From Nitrospirota bacterium (GTDB taxonomy: Bacteria > Nitrospirota > JACRHJ01): DNA of 64,000 bases. The position numbers were made by a program, and so were the translations under genes. A model generated the notes under the pieces. It made no database searches, was not told the origin of the DNA, and was given only the letters and a program-made list of their open reading frames with translations. Below are positions 37,987 through 46,147 of the stretch, one piece after another (the stretch's first letter is position 1; each line of letters opens with the position of its first letter). The stretch is from contig JAJYJM010000009.1 in NCBI GenBank assembly GCA_021789495.1, positions 4,004 through 68,003 on the forward strand, written 5' to 3'.

Positions 37987-39210
37987 CTATGCGGCTGAAA
38001 ACTGCGTCCCACTTTCCAGCGCGGGAAGGCGGATGATGAAAGTTGCGCCCTTGCCCGGCTCGCTTTCGACGCTTATTATGCCGCCGTGGTCGTTAATCAC
38101 CCTGTCCACGACGGAAAGCCCAAGCCCCGTGCCCTCCCAGTCGGACTTGGTCGTATAAAACGGGATGAAAATCTTGTTTAAGGCCTCTTTTTCGATTCCT
38201 ATGCCGGAGTCCTTCAGGCTTATCTCGATGTATTCTCTCTGCGCGGGCGGCGTGTCCCGGAGAAGCTCCGCCTTCGTATTCCCCTTCATTTTCCTTACCC
38301 GGATGGCAATATCGCCGCCCTGGGGCATGGCATGGACGGCGTTAACGAGCAGGTGGGAAAATACCTCCTCCATCTCCTCCGCCGAGGCCAGCACTTCGGG
38401 TATCTCCGGCTCCATGTCCAGTATTACCTTTATGCCGTTCTTCATGAACTGGGTGGACAGTGTCCGGAGCGACGCCCTTATCGTGGAGGGCAGGTCTATG
38501 GGCCTTTTTTCGCGTTTTATTCTGCGGGAGAAGAGATTCAGGTTCGTGACAATCGCGTTTATCCTGTCCACGTCCGACATTATCTTCGTTAAGTATTCGC
38601 GCTTCGGGTCGTCGCCCTCCAGCTCTTCCATCATAATCTGCGAATAAAGCGCAATGGAATTTAGGGGATTGCGTATCTCATGGGCCATGCCGCCGGACAT
38701 CTCGCCCAGGGAGGCCAGGTTCGTCTGGTGGATAAGCCTGTCCTGCGTCTCGACCAGGTCTCTTGTCCTCTCCTCGACCTTGCGCTCAAGGCCACGGTTG
38801 AGCTCCTGTACCTCTTCCTGCAGACACCTCGCCTTTATCTCGGCGCCCCTTATCCGCAGGGTATCCTTCACAACCTTTATTATCTGCTCTCTGACGAACG
38901 GCTTTATGACGTAATCGCTCGCCCCGGCCTTCATAACCGACGCTGCCACTTCCTCGCTGCCTCGCCCGGTTACCATAACCACATAAATCTCGTCGGAATA
39001 TTCCTTTATTCTCTTTAAGACTTCAAGGCCGGTCATGTCCGGCATCATGTAGTCGAGAAGGACAAGCTGTGGGTTTCCATCCCTGGCCGACTGCATGGCT
39101 TCGGCGCCGTTAAAGGCGGAAATCACTTCATACCCGGCAAGTTCGAGGATCTTTGAGAGGACTTTTACAATATCCTGCTCGTCGTCCACGACGAGTATTT
39201 TATCAGGCAT
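37987..39210 (-). CDS. Hybrid REC-histidine kinase (N-terminal receiver, HisKA, HATPase; no obvious sensor domain)
   Basis: 407 aa. The REC domain is ILVVDDE...LLDYMMPDMTG...KP, the H-box is MAHEIRNPLN, and the G2 box is GTGLGLSVV. Confidence 0.9.
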   Translation of the reverse strand: MPDKILVVDDEQDIVKVLSKILELAGYEVISAFNGAEAMQSARDGNPQLVLLDYMMPDMTGLEVLKRIKEYSDEIYVVMVTGRGSEEVAASVMKAGASDYVIKPFVREQIIKVVKDTLRIRGAEIKARCLQEEVQELNRGLERKVEERTRDLVETQDRLIHQTNLASLGEMSGGMAHEIRNPLNSIALYSQIMMEELEGDDPKREYLTKIMSDVDRINAIVTNLNLFSRRIKREKRPIDLPSTIRASLRTLSTQFMKNGIKVILDMEPEIPEVLASAEEMEEVFSHLLVNAVHAMPQGGDIAIRVRKMKGNTKAELLRDTPPAQREYIEISLKDSGIGIEKEALNKIFIPFYTTKSDWEGTGLGLSVVDRVINDHGGIISVESEPGKGATFIIRLPALESGTQFSAA

Positions 39211-39245
39211 CTTGGAACTGAACTCCCTTGGAATGATAATTGTGA

Positions 39246-39274
39246 GCTATATCACAAATATGCTGCAATGTCAA
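39246..39274 (-). promoter_or_regulatory. sigma70-type promoter candidate for the REC-HK gene (TTGACA - 17 nt - TATAGC on the minus strand)
   Basis: The plus strand shows GCTATA at 39246-51 and TGTCAA at 39269-74. An AAGGGAG RBS precedes the ATG at 39210. Confidence 0.4.
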
Positions 39275-39382
39275 TAAAATCACGAAATCGCGCAAAGAAA
39301 TATGCGCATAATCACTCTGTCAGCCGTTTTGCACGTTAATTTGATAACCGTTATTATATCACAAAACAGGGCTTTTTACCCT

Positions 39383-42300
39383 TTACAGCTGCTCCGGCAG
39401 ACCCTTGAGGCTTTTCTCGTCCATCTTGACCCTGAGCTTCACGTAAGGGCCACGGCCCTGGAAATCCTCCTGGGTCAGGTCCGAATCGAACTTGTCGAAG
39501 GAGTAGCCCGCCGAAAGCCATATGTCCTTTATCACCCTGTAACCGGCCTCCGCCGCGCCTCCGAAGAGGCGGCTTTGGCAGTGGTGGCCGGTTAACATCC
39601 GGGCGGTGCCGCCTATGTCTATGCGGTTGGTCAAGTCATAGAAGGCCTTTACTGAGACAAGGTCCGTAAATACGGGAATGCCGCCGGTTACCGCATACTT
39701 GCAGGCGTATTTCCCGCTAATCTCCATCCTGGCGGAAGGCGTCAGGACGCCGTCAGCCGAGAAGATGTACGAGTTGCCGTCCAACCCTTGCGCTGCCGGG
39801 TTCTTCTCGTATTTGTATTCGAACTTAGCCAACGCGTTGAATACGTCCGTCCAGGCCGGGCGGTATGCTATTCCGGTTGCGGCCCTGGAGAGTATCCGCG
39901 AGCCGGAGCCGGACTGGTCGTCGAAATAGCGCCCGCTTGTAAGCAGGAAGAAGTCGCTGTCGAGCTTGTATGCGCATCCGAGTTCCGCAAGGTATGACGT
40001 GTCTCCGGTGGCGTGCCTGTACTCGAAGCGGGAGGTTGCCTTGATGTCCTTTCCTTCGAGATATGCAAGGCCAAAAGACGATGCGAATGCGTCCGGCTCC
40101 GCAAGCTTCTCCTGGCCGGAGAGGGTTTTCAAGTCCTCAACGGAGACATCGCCCGTAACGCCGCAGCCTATATTGAACTTGTTCCTTATGCCTATGCTCT
40201 GCTCGTTCCTGGATCCGTCCGCTCCGCCGACAAGCCTGTATTCGTCGAAGGCCACGGTATTCTTCGCAATAGTGGATTCCGCGCCCGCCACGGTCCTCGC
40301 CTGGGAGCGGTCGTCGAGCTGCATATACTGCTCGCGGACGTAAAGGCGGGTGGACTGGGTATACTGGTATTCGACCCCGGCCTCGGTCATGTTGTCCCGG
40401 TTGCGCAGTATGTCCTGCGTGCGGTCCGCGCTCACGGTAACGTCCTTCCAGGGCGTTGCCGAGAGGAATAACTTCAGCGCGGTAAGCCTGCTTGGAATCT
40501 CCTCGCTGTTGTCGAACGGGAACCTCGTCGTCGGGAGATTGGCCGGCACGAACGTCTCCGTGGACTGCTGGTACTGGAAGTCAAGGCCGGCCTTGAATAT
40601 CTTCAGGAAGGCCGTCTTAAGCCCGGCGGAGGCGAAGTCGTCGTGCATGTGGTTTACGCGGTCTTTCTCCACGAAGAACTTCCCGCAGGCGTCGGTATCC
40701 TTTGCCACCTTGTAATCGACATCCGCACCGTAGCTCTCCTTCCCGGCCTGGTAGTTCGTCGCGGAGGGGTTCTGGAAGAAGTCGCCGACGTTATAGTAAT
40801 AGGCGCTCGCCTTGAGATTGGTTATGGGGTTCGCGCAGAGCTTCAGAGACCATGCGGAGCCCACCTTCGGCGTAAAGATGCTGTCTATGTTGAAGAGCGA
40901 ATCCGTCTGGGCCCACTCGCCCTTGACGACGGTCTTGAGCGGCAGGCGGGCCGTAACGTCCGAGCCGAGGAGCCTGTTGTCCGACACGTCGTTCTGCTCC
41001 ACGATGCCGGTGAAGCCCGTCTCAAGCCACGAAAACGGGTCTATCGCCGCCCGGCCTCCGTATACGTAGTGTTTCTGCGTGCCGAGGTTCTCGTAGCTCA
41101 CGATTATATATACGGGATTGAAGTTGTCGTCCCGGACGGGAATCGGGGACTTGAAGAGTATCGAACCCATCTCGTAGTCTATGGTGTAGTCCGTCCATCT
41201 CGTCATCGGCGCCCTGCTTATGACGCGCTCAGGCTGACGCCAGTCGCGCGTCTCGATAACGACCATCTCGCTCCCGACGACAATCGGCGCCTTCGAGAGG
41301 AAGTAGTAGCCCGCGATGCCCTTTCCGGGTATGGCGTCCACTACCTGGGCGTTCTCGGTACGGCTGACGAAAGAGCGCATCTTGAAACGCTTCGTGTCCA
41401 CGTCCGCAACAAGACCTGTGAACGTCCTGTTGTATGCCGCAAGGCCGCCCTGGTTAAGATTGGTCTGGAAATCCCCGTAGGTTACGGACGAGCGGTCCTT
41501 CTCCGCGCGCAGGTACAACTTGTCGCTGGAGAGCGCTTCGTAGCCAATCCTGCTGTCGTCGCCAAGTATCGGATACTGGCTCTCGGACTCTACGTTGCTT
41601 ATGGCGGACTTAAACAGCCCCACGTCCTGCTTCTGCTTCGCGGAATCGTAGGAGGCCGTAAGGAGCGTGCCCCAGCCTATGTCGCCCTTGGCGAAGAACG
41701 CCCCCCGGCCTCCGAAGAAGAAGTTGTTGTCGAGCCAGTTGTCGCTCGCAAACGTCCTGCCCTGTGCGTTCCTTGTCGAGCCGTATCCTATGGCGACCTC
41801 GCCATCGCCCACAGCGATCATCTTGCGAAGATAGGGCGAGAAGAACACTGGGACGGTCTCCGTTACGCCGTTGCACGACACGGTTATTTTATCTCTGCCC
41901 GTGCGCCACGGGGACTTCAGGTGGAATTTCACGTTCCCGTCCGCAGGCTCGAACTGCGTCCCCGGCTCGGTTTTGTCCATGTCCTTGTCGAGTATTTTCC
42001 CTCTGGAGGTTTCCACGGTTACCGTGCCGGGATAGCCCACAACCGCGCCCTTTTCGTCGAGTATCTTTACGCTGAATTCCGTAACGGTCTTGCCGTCGGC
42101 GGGGATTTCCGCCTTTGCCGGGGTTACGATTATCTTCGCCGGCCTTCCGGAGGCGCGAAGGGTTATCGTCGCCGCGGCAATCTTTCCGGAGGCGTCCTTC
42201 GCCTCGGCCTTTATTTTATTATCCTCGCCCGGAACAACTTCCACGCTTATGAATTCGTATACGGCGACGCCGCTCACCGGGTCTTTCGTCGTCCTGCCGA

Positions 42301-44206
42301 GATGCCCGTTTACCTCTTCCCCGTTCACATACAGCGACAGCGCGTCGTTTATCGGCGCCTTCACGACGACCTTGACCTTCCTGATATAAGCCGTCGCGCC
42401 GTCCCTTGGAGAGAGGATTTCGAGCGCGGGCGACATATGCTTTATCCGCTCCTTGACGGGCTGTTCAGCCGAGGGCTGTGCGACTGTTTCCTTCGCGCCG
42501 TTTTGCGCCTGCTGCGGGTTGGCGCCCGTTTTAATCGGGCCGATGTCGCCCGTTACGGCAAAATCCGCCTTGAAAAGCCCGCCCGAAGGCATGTCCACGA
42601 ACTGCGACGCCTCGTCTCCCATGAACCTGTCGGACAGCGCCTCAAGCTTCGCGCCCTTCGGGAGCGATGTCTCGTCCACGCGCAGGACGTGCGTCCCGGC
42701 GGTTACGCCGAATATCGAGAACTTCCCGTCCGTGCCGGTAATAACCCGCGTGCCGTCCTCCATATATATAACAACTCCGGGTATGCCCGGCTCGCCTTCG
42801 TCCTGTATCCTGTTCCTGTTTTTGTCCTGGAATATCTTTCCGATGATTACTCCCTTGGACGTAAACACGCCTCCGTTAATAATCAGGCTGAACCGGGCCT
42901 TGTTGGACATGAGGACGCCGCCCGTCGTTGAGCCTGTCGCAAAGGCCGTGTTTACGGCAGTAGTCCCTTCCCGGCTGTCCGGGCCGACGGACGCGCTGTA
43001 GGAAAGAACTGCCGTCCCCCCTGCGGGAAGCGCGCCCGCGCCAAAGACAAGCTCCGCTCCCGAAATCGCCGGGTCGGGCGCCTTCCTGCCGTTTATCGCC
43101 GCGGAGCCTTTCAGGTAGTGCAGCCCTTGCGGCATGACGTCTGTAATTGTAAGTACCGAAACGTCCGTCTTCCCGGTATCCTGAACTGTAACTGCATACC
43201 GGACTATGTCGCCGATCGACGCGGAGTTCCTGTCCGCGGTCTTGGCGACCTGGAGATAGCTCACGGGCGGGTCTGCGGGCATGTCGATGTCGAGCGGCTG
43301 CGTCCCTGTATTAATCGTAAAACTGCCGCCGTAGGAGCCCGGAGTAACGATATTGTAGCCCGCCGGGAAATCCGCCGCCGGGACGGTTGACGGGAATATA
43401 TAGCCGCCGCCGGGAGATACCGTAATGTGATAATTGCCGGGGTTCACGTATTTGAAGCTGAACTGGCCGTCCGCGCCCGTAACGACCGGGTTTTGCTGGG
43501 CTATCGGGACTGCCGGAGGTTGGGGAAGAACGGCGGGCCTGCCGGTTGCGTTGTCAACGAGGGTAACCGTGGCCCCGCTTATCATCTGGCCGCTTGACGA
43601 ATCGAAGACCCTGCCGTACGGGTCCACGAGCGCGGTATCGTCCACGGTGGATATTTGGCTCGCCTGGTCGGTATATACCACCTTCAGCGTCGAGTCGTCG
43701 CCCAGCGATAGGACGCCGTCGCCCGGAACGGGCGGGCCGCCGTTGGATGTTATGCTGCCCCTGTATATCCCGGTTCCCTGGCCGGTCTCGGCGAGGGCGA
43801 CGGTGACGGTATCGAACACGCTCTTTGAACCCGGCCCGATGTAACTGGAAATCGTTGCGGACACCTTTCCGGGAGTGGAAGGGTCGGGGTCGAAGTTCTT
43901 GTCCGTAACCTGCACGTATACCGTATCTCCGACATTATACTGGTAGGCCTTGTTCCAGGACGAATCGCAGAACTGCACCTCTATGGGAAGCGGTGTGCCG
44001 ACGACCGTATCTGCGGAGGCTGAAATCTGCGGTATCGGGTTCCCGACGCCGTTATTGTAATTCGCGTAAGCGGTGTTCGTGATATGGGTGCCGGGCGCGG
44101 GGTCGGCGGCCCATGCCTGCGGGAGGGCAAAAAGCGCTCCCAGGAGGCACAGGATTACCGCCGCCCCTGCCCGGAATTTCATACGTATGTCATGCAGCGC
44201 GCCCAT
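39383..44206 (-). CDS. Giant (1607 aa) secreted multidomain protein. The order is signal peptide, Cna-B/SdrD-like, DUF11-like and Ig-like (Big_1-like) modules, then a ~750-aa C-terminal outer-membrane beta-barrel-like region.
   Basis: The signal peptide is AVILCLLGALFALPQAWA. Cna-B-like segments are ATVTLVDNATG...TGADGQFSF...PGNYHITV and GVVIYMEDGTRVITGTDGKFSIFGV. The DUF11-like segment is GDIVRYAVTVQDTG...TDVMPQGLHYLKGSA. The Ig-like segment is IIVTPAKAEIPADGKTVTEFSVKILDEKG. The C-terminal third has many alternating-hydrophobic strands such as ATSRFEYRH, FNALAKFEYKYE and IWLSAGYSFDKF. Confidence 0.75.
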   Translation of the reverse strand: MGALHDIRMKFRAGAAVILCLLGALFALPQAWAADPAPGTHITNTAYANYNNGVGNPIPQISASADTVVGTPLPIEVQFCDSSWNKAYQYNVGDTVYVQVTDKNFDPDPSTPGKVSATISSYIGPGSKSVFDTVTVALAETGQGTGIYRGSITSNGGPPVPGDGVLSLGDDSTLKVVYTDQASQISTVDDTALVDPYGRVFDSSSGQMISGATVTLVDNATGRPAVLPQPPAVPIAQQNPVVTGADGQFSFKYVNPGNYHITVSPGGGYIFPSTVPAADFPAGYNIVTPGSYGGSFTINTGTQPLDIDMPADPPVSYLQVAKTADRNSASIGDIVRYAVTVQDTGKTDVSVLTITDVMPQGLHYLKGSAAINGRKAPDPAISGAELVFGAGALPAGGTAVLSYSASVGPDSREGTTAVNTAFATGSTTGGVLMSNKARFSLIINGGVFTSKGVIIGKIFQDKNRNRIQDEGEPGIPGVVIYMEDGTRVITGTDGKFSIFGVTAGTHVLRVDETSLPKGAKLEALSDRFMGDEASQFVDMPSGGLFKADFAVTGDIGPIKTGANPQQAQNGAKETVAQPSAEQPVKERIKHMSPALEILSPRDGATAYIRKVKVVVKAPINDALSLYVNGEEVNGHLGRTTKDPVSGVAVYEFISVEVVPGEDNKIKAEAKDASGKIAAATITLRASGRPAKIIVTPAKAEIPADGKTVTEFSVKILDEKGAVVGYPGTVTVETSRGKILDKDMDKTEPGTQFEPADGNVKFHLKSPWRTGRDKITVSCNGVTETVPVFFSPYLRKMIAVGDGEVAIGYGSTRNAQGRTFASDNWLDNNFFFGGRGAFFAKGDIGWGTLLTASYDSAKQKQDVGLFKSAISNVESESQYPILGDDSRIGYEALSSDKLYLRAEKDRSSVTYGDFQTNLNQGGLAAYNRTFTGLVADVDTKRFKMRSFVSRTENAQVVDAIPGKGIAGYYFLSKAPIVVGSEMVVIETRDWRQPERVISRAPMTRWTDYTIDYEMGSILFKSPIPVRDDNFNPVYIIVSYENLGTQKHYVYGGRAAIDPFSWLETGFTGIVEQNDVSDNRLLGSDVTARLPLKTVVKGEWAQTDSLFNIDSIFTPKVGSAWSLKLCANPITNLKASAYYYNVGDFFQNPSATNYQAGKESYGADVDYKVAKDTDACGKFFVEKDRVNHMHDDFASAGLKTAFLKIFKAGLDFQYQQSTETFVPANLPTTRFPFDNSEEIPSRLTALKLFLSATPWKDVTVSADRTQDILRNRDNMTEAGVEYQYTQSTRLYVREQYMQLDDRSQARTVAGAESTIAKNTVAFDEYRLVGGADGSRNEQSIGIRNKFNIGCGVTGDVSVEDLKTLSGQEKLAEPDAFASSFGLAYLEGKDIKATSRFEYRHATGDTSYLAELGCAYKLDSDFFLLTSGRYFDDQSGSGSRILSRAATGIAYRPAWTDVFNALAKFEYKYEKNPAAQGLDGNSYIFSADGVLTPSARMEISGKYACKYAVTGGIPVFTDLVSVKAFYDLTNRIDIGGTARMLTGHHCQSRLFGGAAEAGYRVIKDIWLSAGYSFDKFDSDLTQEDFQGRGPYVKLRVKMDEKSLKGLPEQL

Positions 44207-44228
44207 ACCGGTCTGCGTCCGGACGCGC

Positions 44229-45530
44229 CTACTTTATCTGCGCCTGGAACTGGAGTATCCACGTCCCGCCGGGCGCGATGGTAACGGGATTGGTGGATAC
44301 CGTGGTCGTGCCGCCGTTGTAGGATGCGTTGCCTGCGGACAGGCTGCCGCTCGAAGCCCCGGCCTCTGCCGAGCCGCTCACATAGGTCGTGTTGGCCGGA
44401 AGCGGGTCGGATATGACGACGCTGCTTGCGGGACCCGCGGTCGCGCTGTTCGTCGCGGTGATGGTGTAAGTCAGTGTGGCTCCGGGCGCGGCGCTCGCCT
44501 TGTTCACTGCCTTGATAAGCGAGAGCGCGGGCGCAACCAGCGCGGGCGTTACGTTCACGGACGGGTTGACTGTTCCGCTCGTGTCGAAGGTGATGTTCGC
44601 CGTGTTCGTGATGGGGCTGCCCTGGGTGTTCGCATTGGCGGTAACCTGGAATGTCAGGGTATCGGTCGCGCTTGCGTTCACTGTGCCGACGTCTATGGTA
44701 ACCTTCCCGCTGCTGTAGGCCGTCGTGCTGCCGCCGCCGTACGCGGTTTCGGATGTAGCGTCAGGCACGCCGGTTCCGTTCAACTGGATGGTGCCGGCAA
44801 CATACGTAAGGCCCGCCGGTATCGAGTCGGTGATTATGACGCTCGATGCCGCCACGTTGCCGGTATTGGGCACGGTGATGGTGTAGGTGAACGGAACACC
44901 TATTGTCGGGCTCGCCGTGGAGGATGTCTTCGAGGACGTCGAGAGATTGTCGGTATTGGCCGTCGTCGTGGCAATATCCGTGTCGGACTTGGTGCCGTCG
45001 CCGACGGAGGTCGCCGTCGCGGTAGTAACTGCCGTCGATCCCGCGGTGGTGCCGGACGGAATCGTTACGACCATGTATGCGACAGTCGAGGCGTTCTGGC
45101 CAATCGGCCCAACTGTCAGGGTGTTGGTCGCGCCGCTTCCGTTGGACTGCGTGCTGAACTGCACGGACGAAGGCGCCCAGCCGCTCGTGTTGGCCGAGGA
45201 AAGCGTAAAGCTGTCGTTGCCGTTGCCGTTGTTGTATACCGTAACGGTGTAGATGACGCTTGTGCCGTCCGCGCCGCTCTTGGCGTCCGTCCCCGGCGTA
45301 ACCACGACTCCGTAGATCTGCGTTACGGTCGTTGTGACGGTGTTCGAGTTTACAGCCGTCTGGGCCGCGCCGTTCGCATTATTGTAATTTACAGTCGCCT
45401 GGTTGCTGATGGTCGTCCCGGAGGGCGTGAAGGTGTTGTTCGTGAAGGACGACTGCCCCGCCATCGCAGCCGAGGCCGCGAGCAGCGTGATCGATACGGT
45501 TAATAATACCTGCATGAGTAAACGTTTCAT
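44229..45530 (-). CDS. Secreted multi-DUF11-repeat protein (Thr/Ser/Asn/Gly-rich, Cys-free)
   Basis: The start is chosen at MKRLLMQ, which has AAAGGAG 8 nt upstream. The signal peptide is LLAASAAMAG. DUF11-type repeats include FTYTITVPNTGNVAASSVIITDSIPAGLTYVAGT and LTYTITATNSATAGPASSVVISDPLPANTTYVSGSA. Confidence 0.8.
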   Translation of the reverse strand: MKRLLMQVLLTVSITLLAASAAMAGQSSFTNNTFTPSGTTISNQATVNYNNANGAAQTAVNSNTVTTTVTQIYGVVVTPGTDAKSGADGTSVIYTVTVYNNGNGNDSFTLSSANTSGWAPSSVQFSTQSNGSGATNTLTVGPIGQNASTVAYMVVTIPSGTTAGSTAVTTATATSVGDGTKSDTDIATTTANTDNLSTSSKTSSTASPTIGVPFTYTITVPNTGNVAASSVIITDSIPAGLTYVAGTIQLNGTGVPDATSETAYGGGSTTAYSSGKVTIDVGTVNASATDTLTFQVTANANTQGSPITNTANITFDTSGTVNPSVNVTPALVAPALSLIKAVNKASAAPGATLTYTITATNSATAGPASSVVISDPLPANTTYVSGSAEAGASSGSLSAGNASYNGGTTTVSTNPVTIAPGGTWILQFQAQIK

Positions 45531-45628
45531 CTTAATGCTCCTTTCATGGTTCATAAAACTACATTGTCAATACAAACGGCTCTGAAAAATTTTGCCTGCA
45601 TTTCACCTCCGTTTCTTTATCGGTTTTA

Positions 45629-46120
45629 TTATTTAACCCTCGCCTTAAAACTTACGCTGCCGGATGCCTTCGGCAAGATTTTCTTTATCGTCCACTTTAT
45701 GTTCGTATACGTCTGCGGGGGCGCGGCCTTCTTCACGCCGCCTGAGACTCTTTTCGGAGTCCTGCTGAAAGTCTTGCCATTGTCTATGCTGAACGAAACT
45801 GCCGCGCCGGCGCCTTTCGCGCTTCCGCCAACATAGGCCATTCCATACGGCACCGGGTCCGCTATCACCGCATCGGTCGCCTCGGAATCCCCGGAGTTGG
45901 TGTAGGCAATCGTGTATAAAATCACGTCGCCCTTCGTTGTCATTTTCGCCGGCGCCAGTTCGATTGTCTCCTTGCCGTTTTTGACTATCCTCACCTCCTG
46001 TTCGGCCTTCATCTTCAGTGTCAGTTTCGGGGCCTGCGCCATTGCCGAGGCCGCAAACGCCGCTACCGCAAAGGCCGAGACCGCCATGATAAAAAACCTT
46101 TTTACAAACTTCCCGTTCAT
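45629..46120 (-). CDS. Small secreted single-DUF11-domain protein (163 aa, Lys-rich)
   Basis: The signal peptide is AVAAFAASAMAQA. The DUF11 core is VILYTIAYTNSGDSEATDAVIADPVPYGMAYVGGSA. AGGAGG lies 7 nt before the ATG. Confidence 0.8.
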   Translation of the reverse strand: MNGKFVKRFFIMAVSAFAVAAFAASAMAQAPKLTLKMKAEQEVRIVKNGKETIELAPAKMTTKGDVILYTIAYTNSGDSEATDAVIADPVPYGMAYVGGSAKGAGAAVSFSIDNGKTFSRTPKRVSGGVKKAAPPQTYTNIKWTIKKILPKASGSVSFKARVK

Positions 46121-46147
46121 CCCGTTACCTCCTGATCTCGTGGTTAA

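Noticed and set aside
40643-42931. 762-aa ORF on the plus strand, inside the giant minus-strand gene
   Set aside because: It is an antisense shadow ORF. The product is Arg/Gly/Val/Leu-rich and low-complexity, with no motifs. The minus-strand frame carries clear domain signatures and a signal peptide.
44073-45503. 476-aa Arg/Gly-rich ORF on the plus strand, antisense to the ~433-aa DUF11 gene
   Set aside because: Its composition (poly R/G/A/V) is the mirror image of the Thr/Ser/Ala/Pro-rich codons on the real strand. It has no RBS and no recognisable fold.
45531-45628. Possible internal sigma54-like element (aGGCAa-aattt-TTCA on the minus strand) between the 163-aa and ~433-aa genes
   Set aside because: The -12 element is TTCA rather than TTGC, and the -24 lacks the TGGCAC context. 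It is too weak to call without a transcription-start map.
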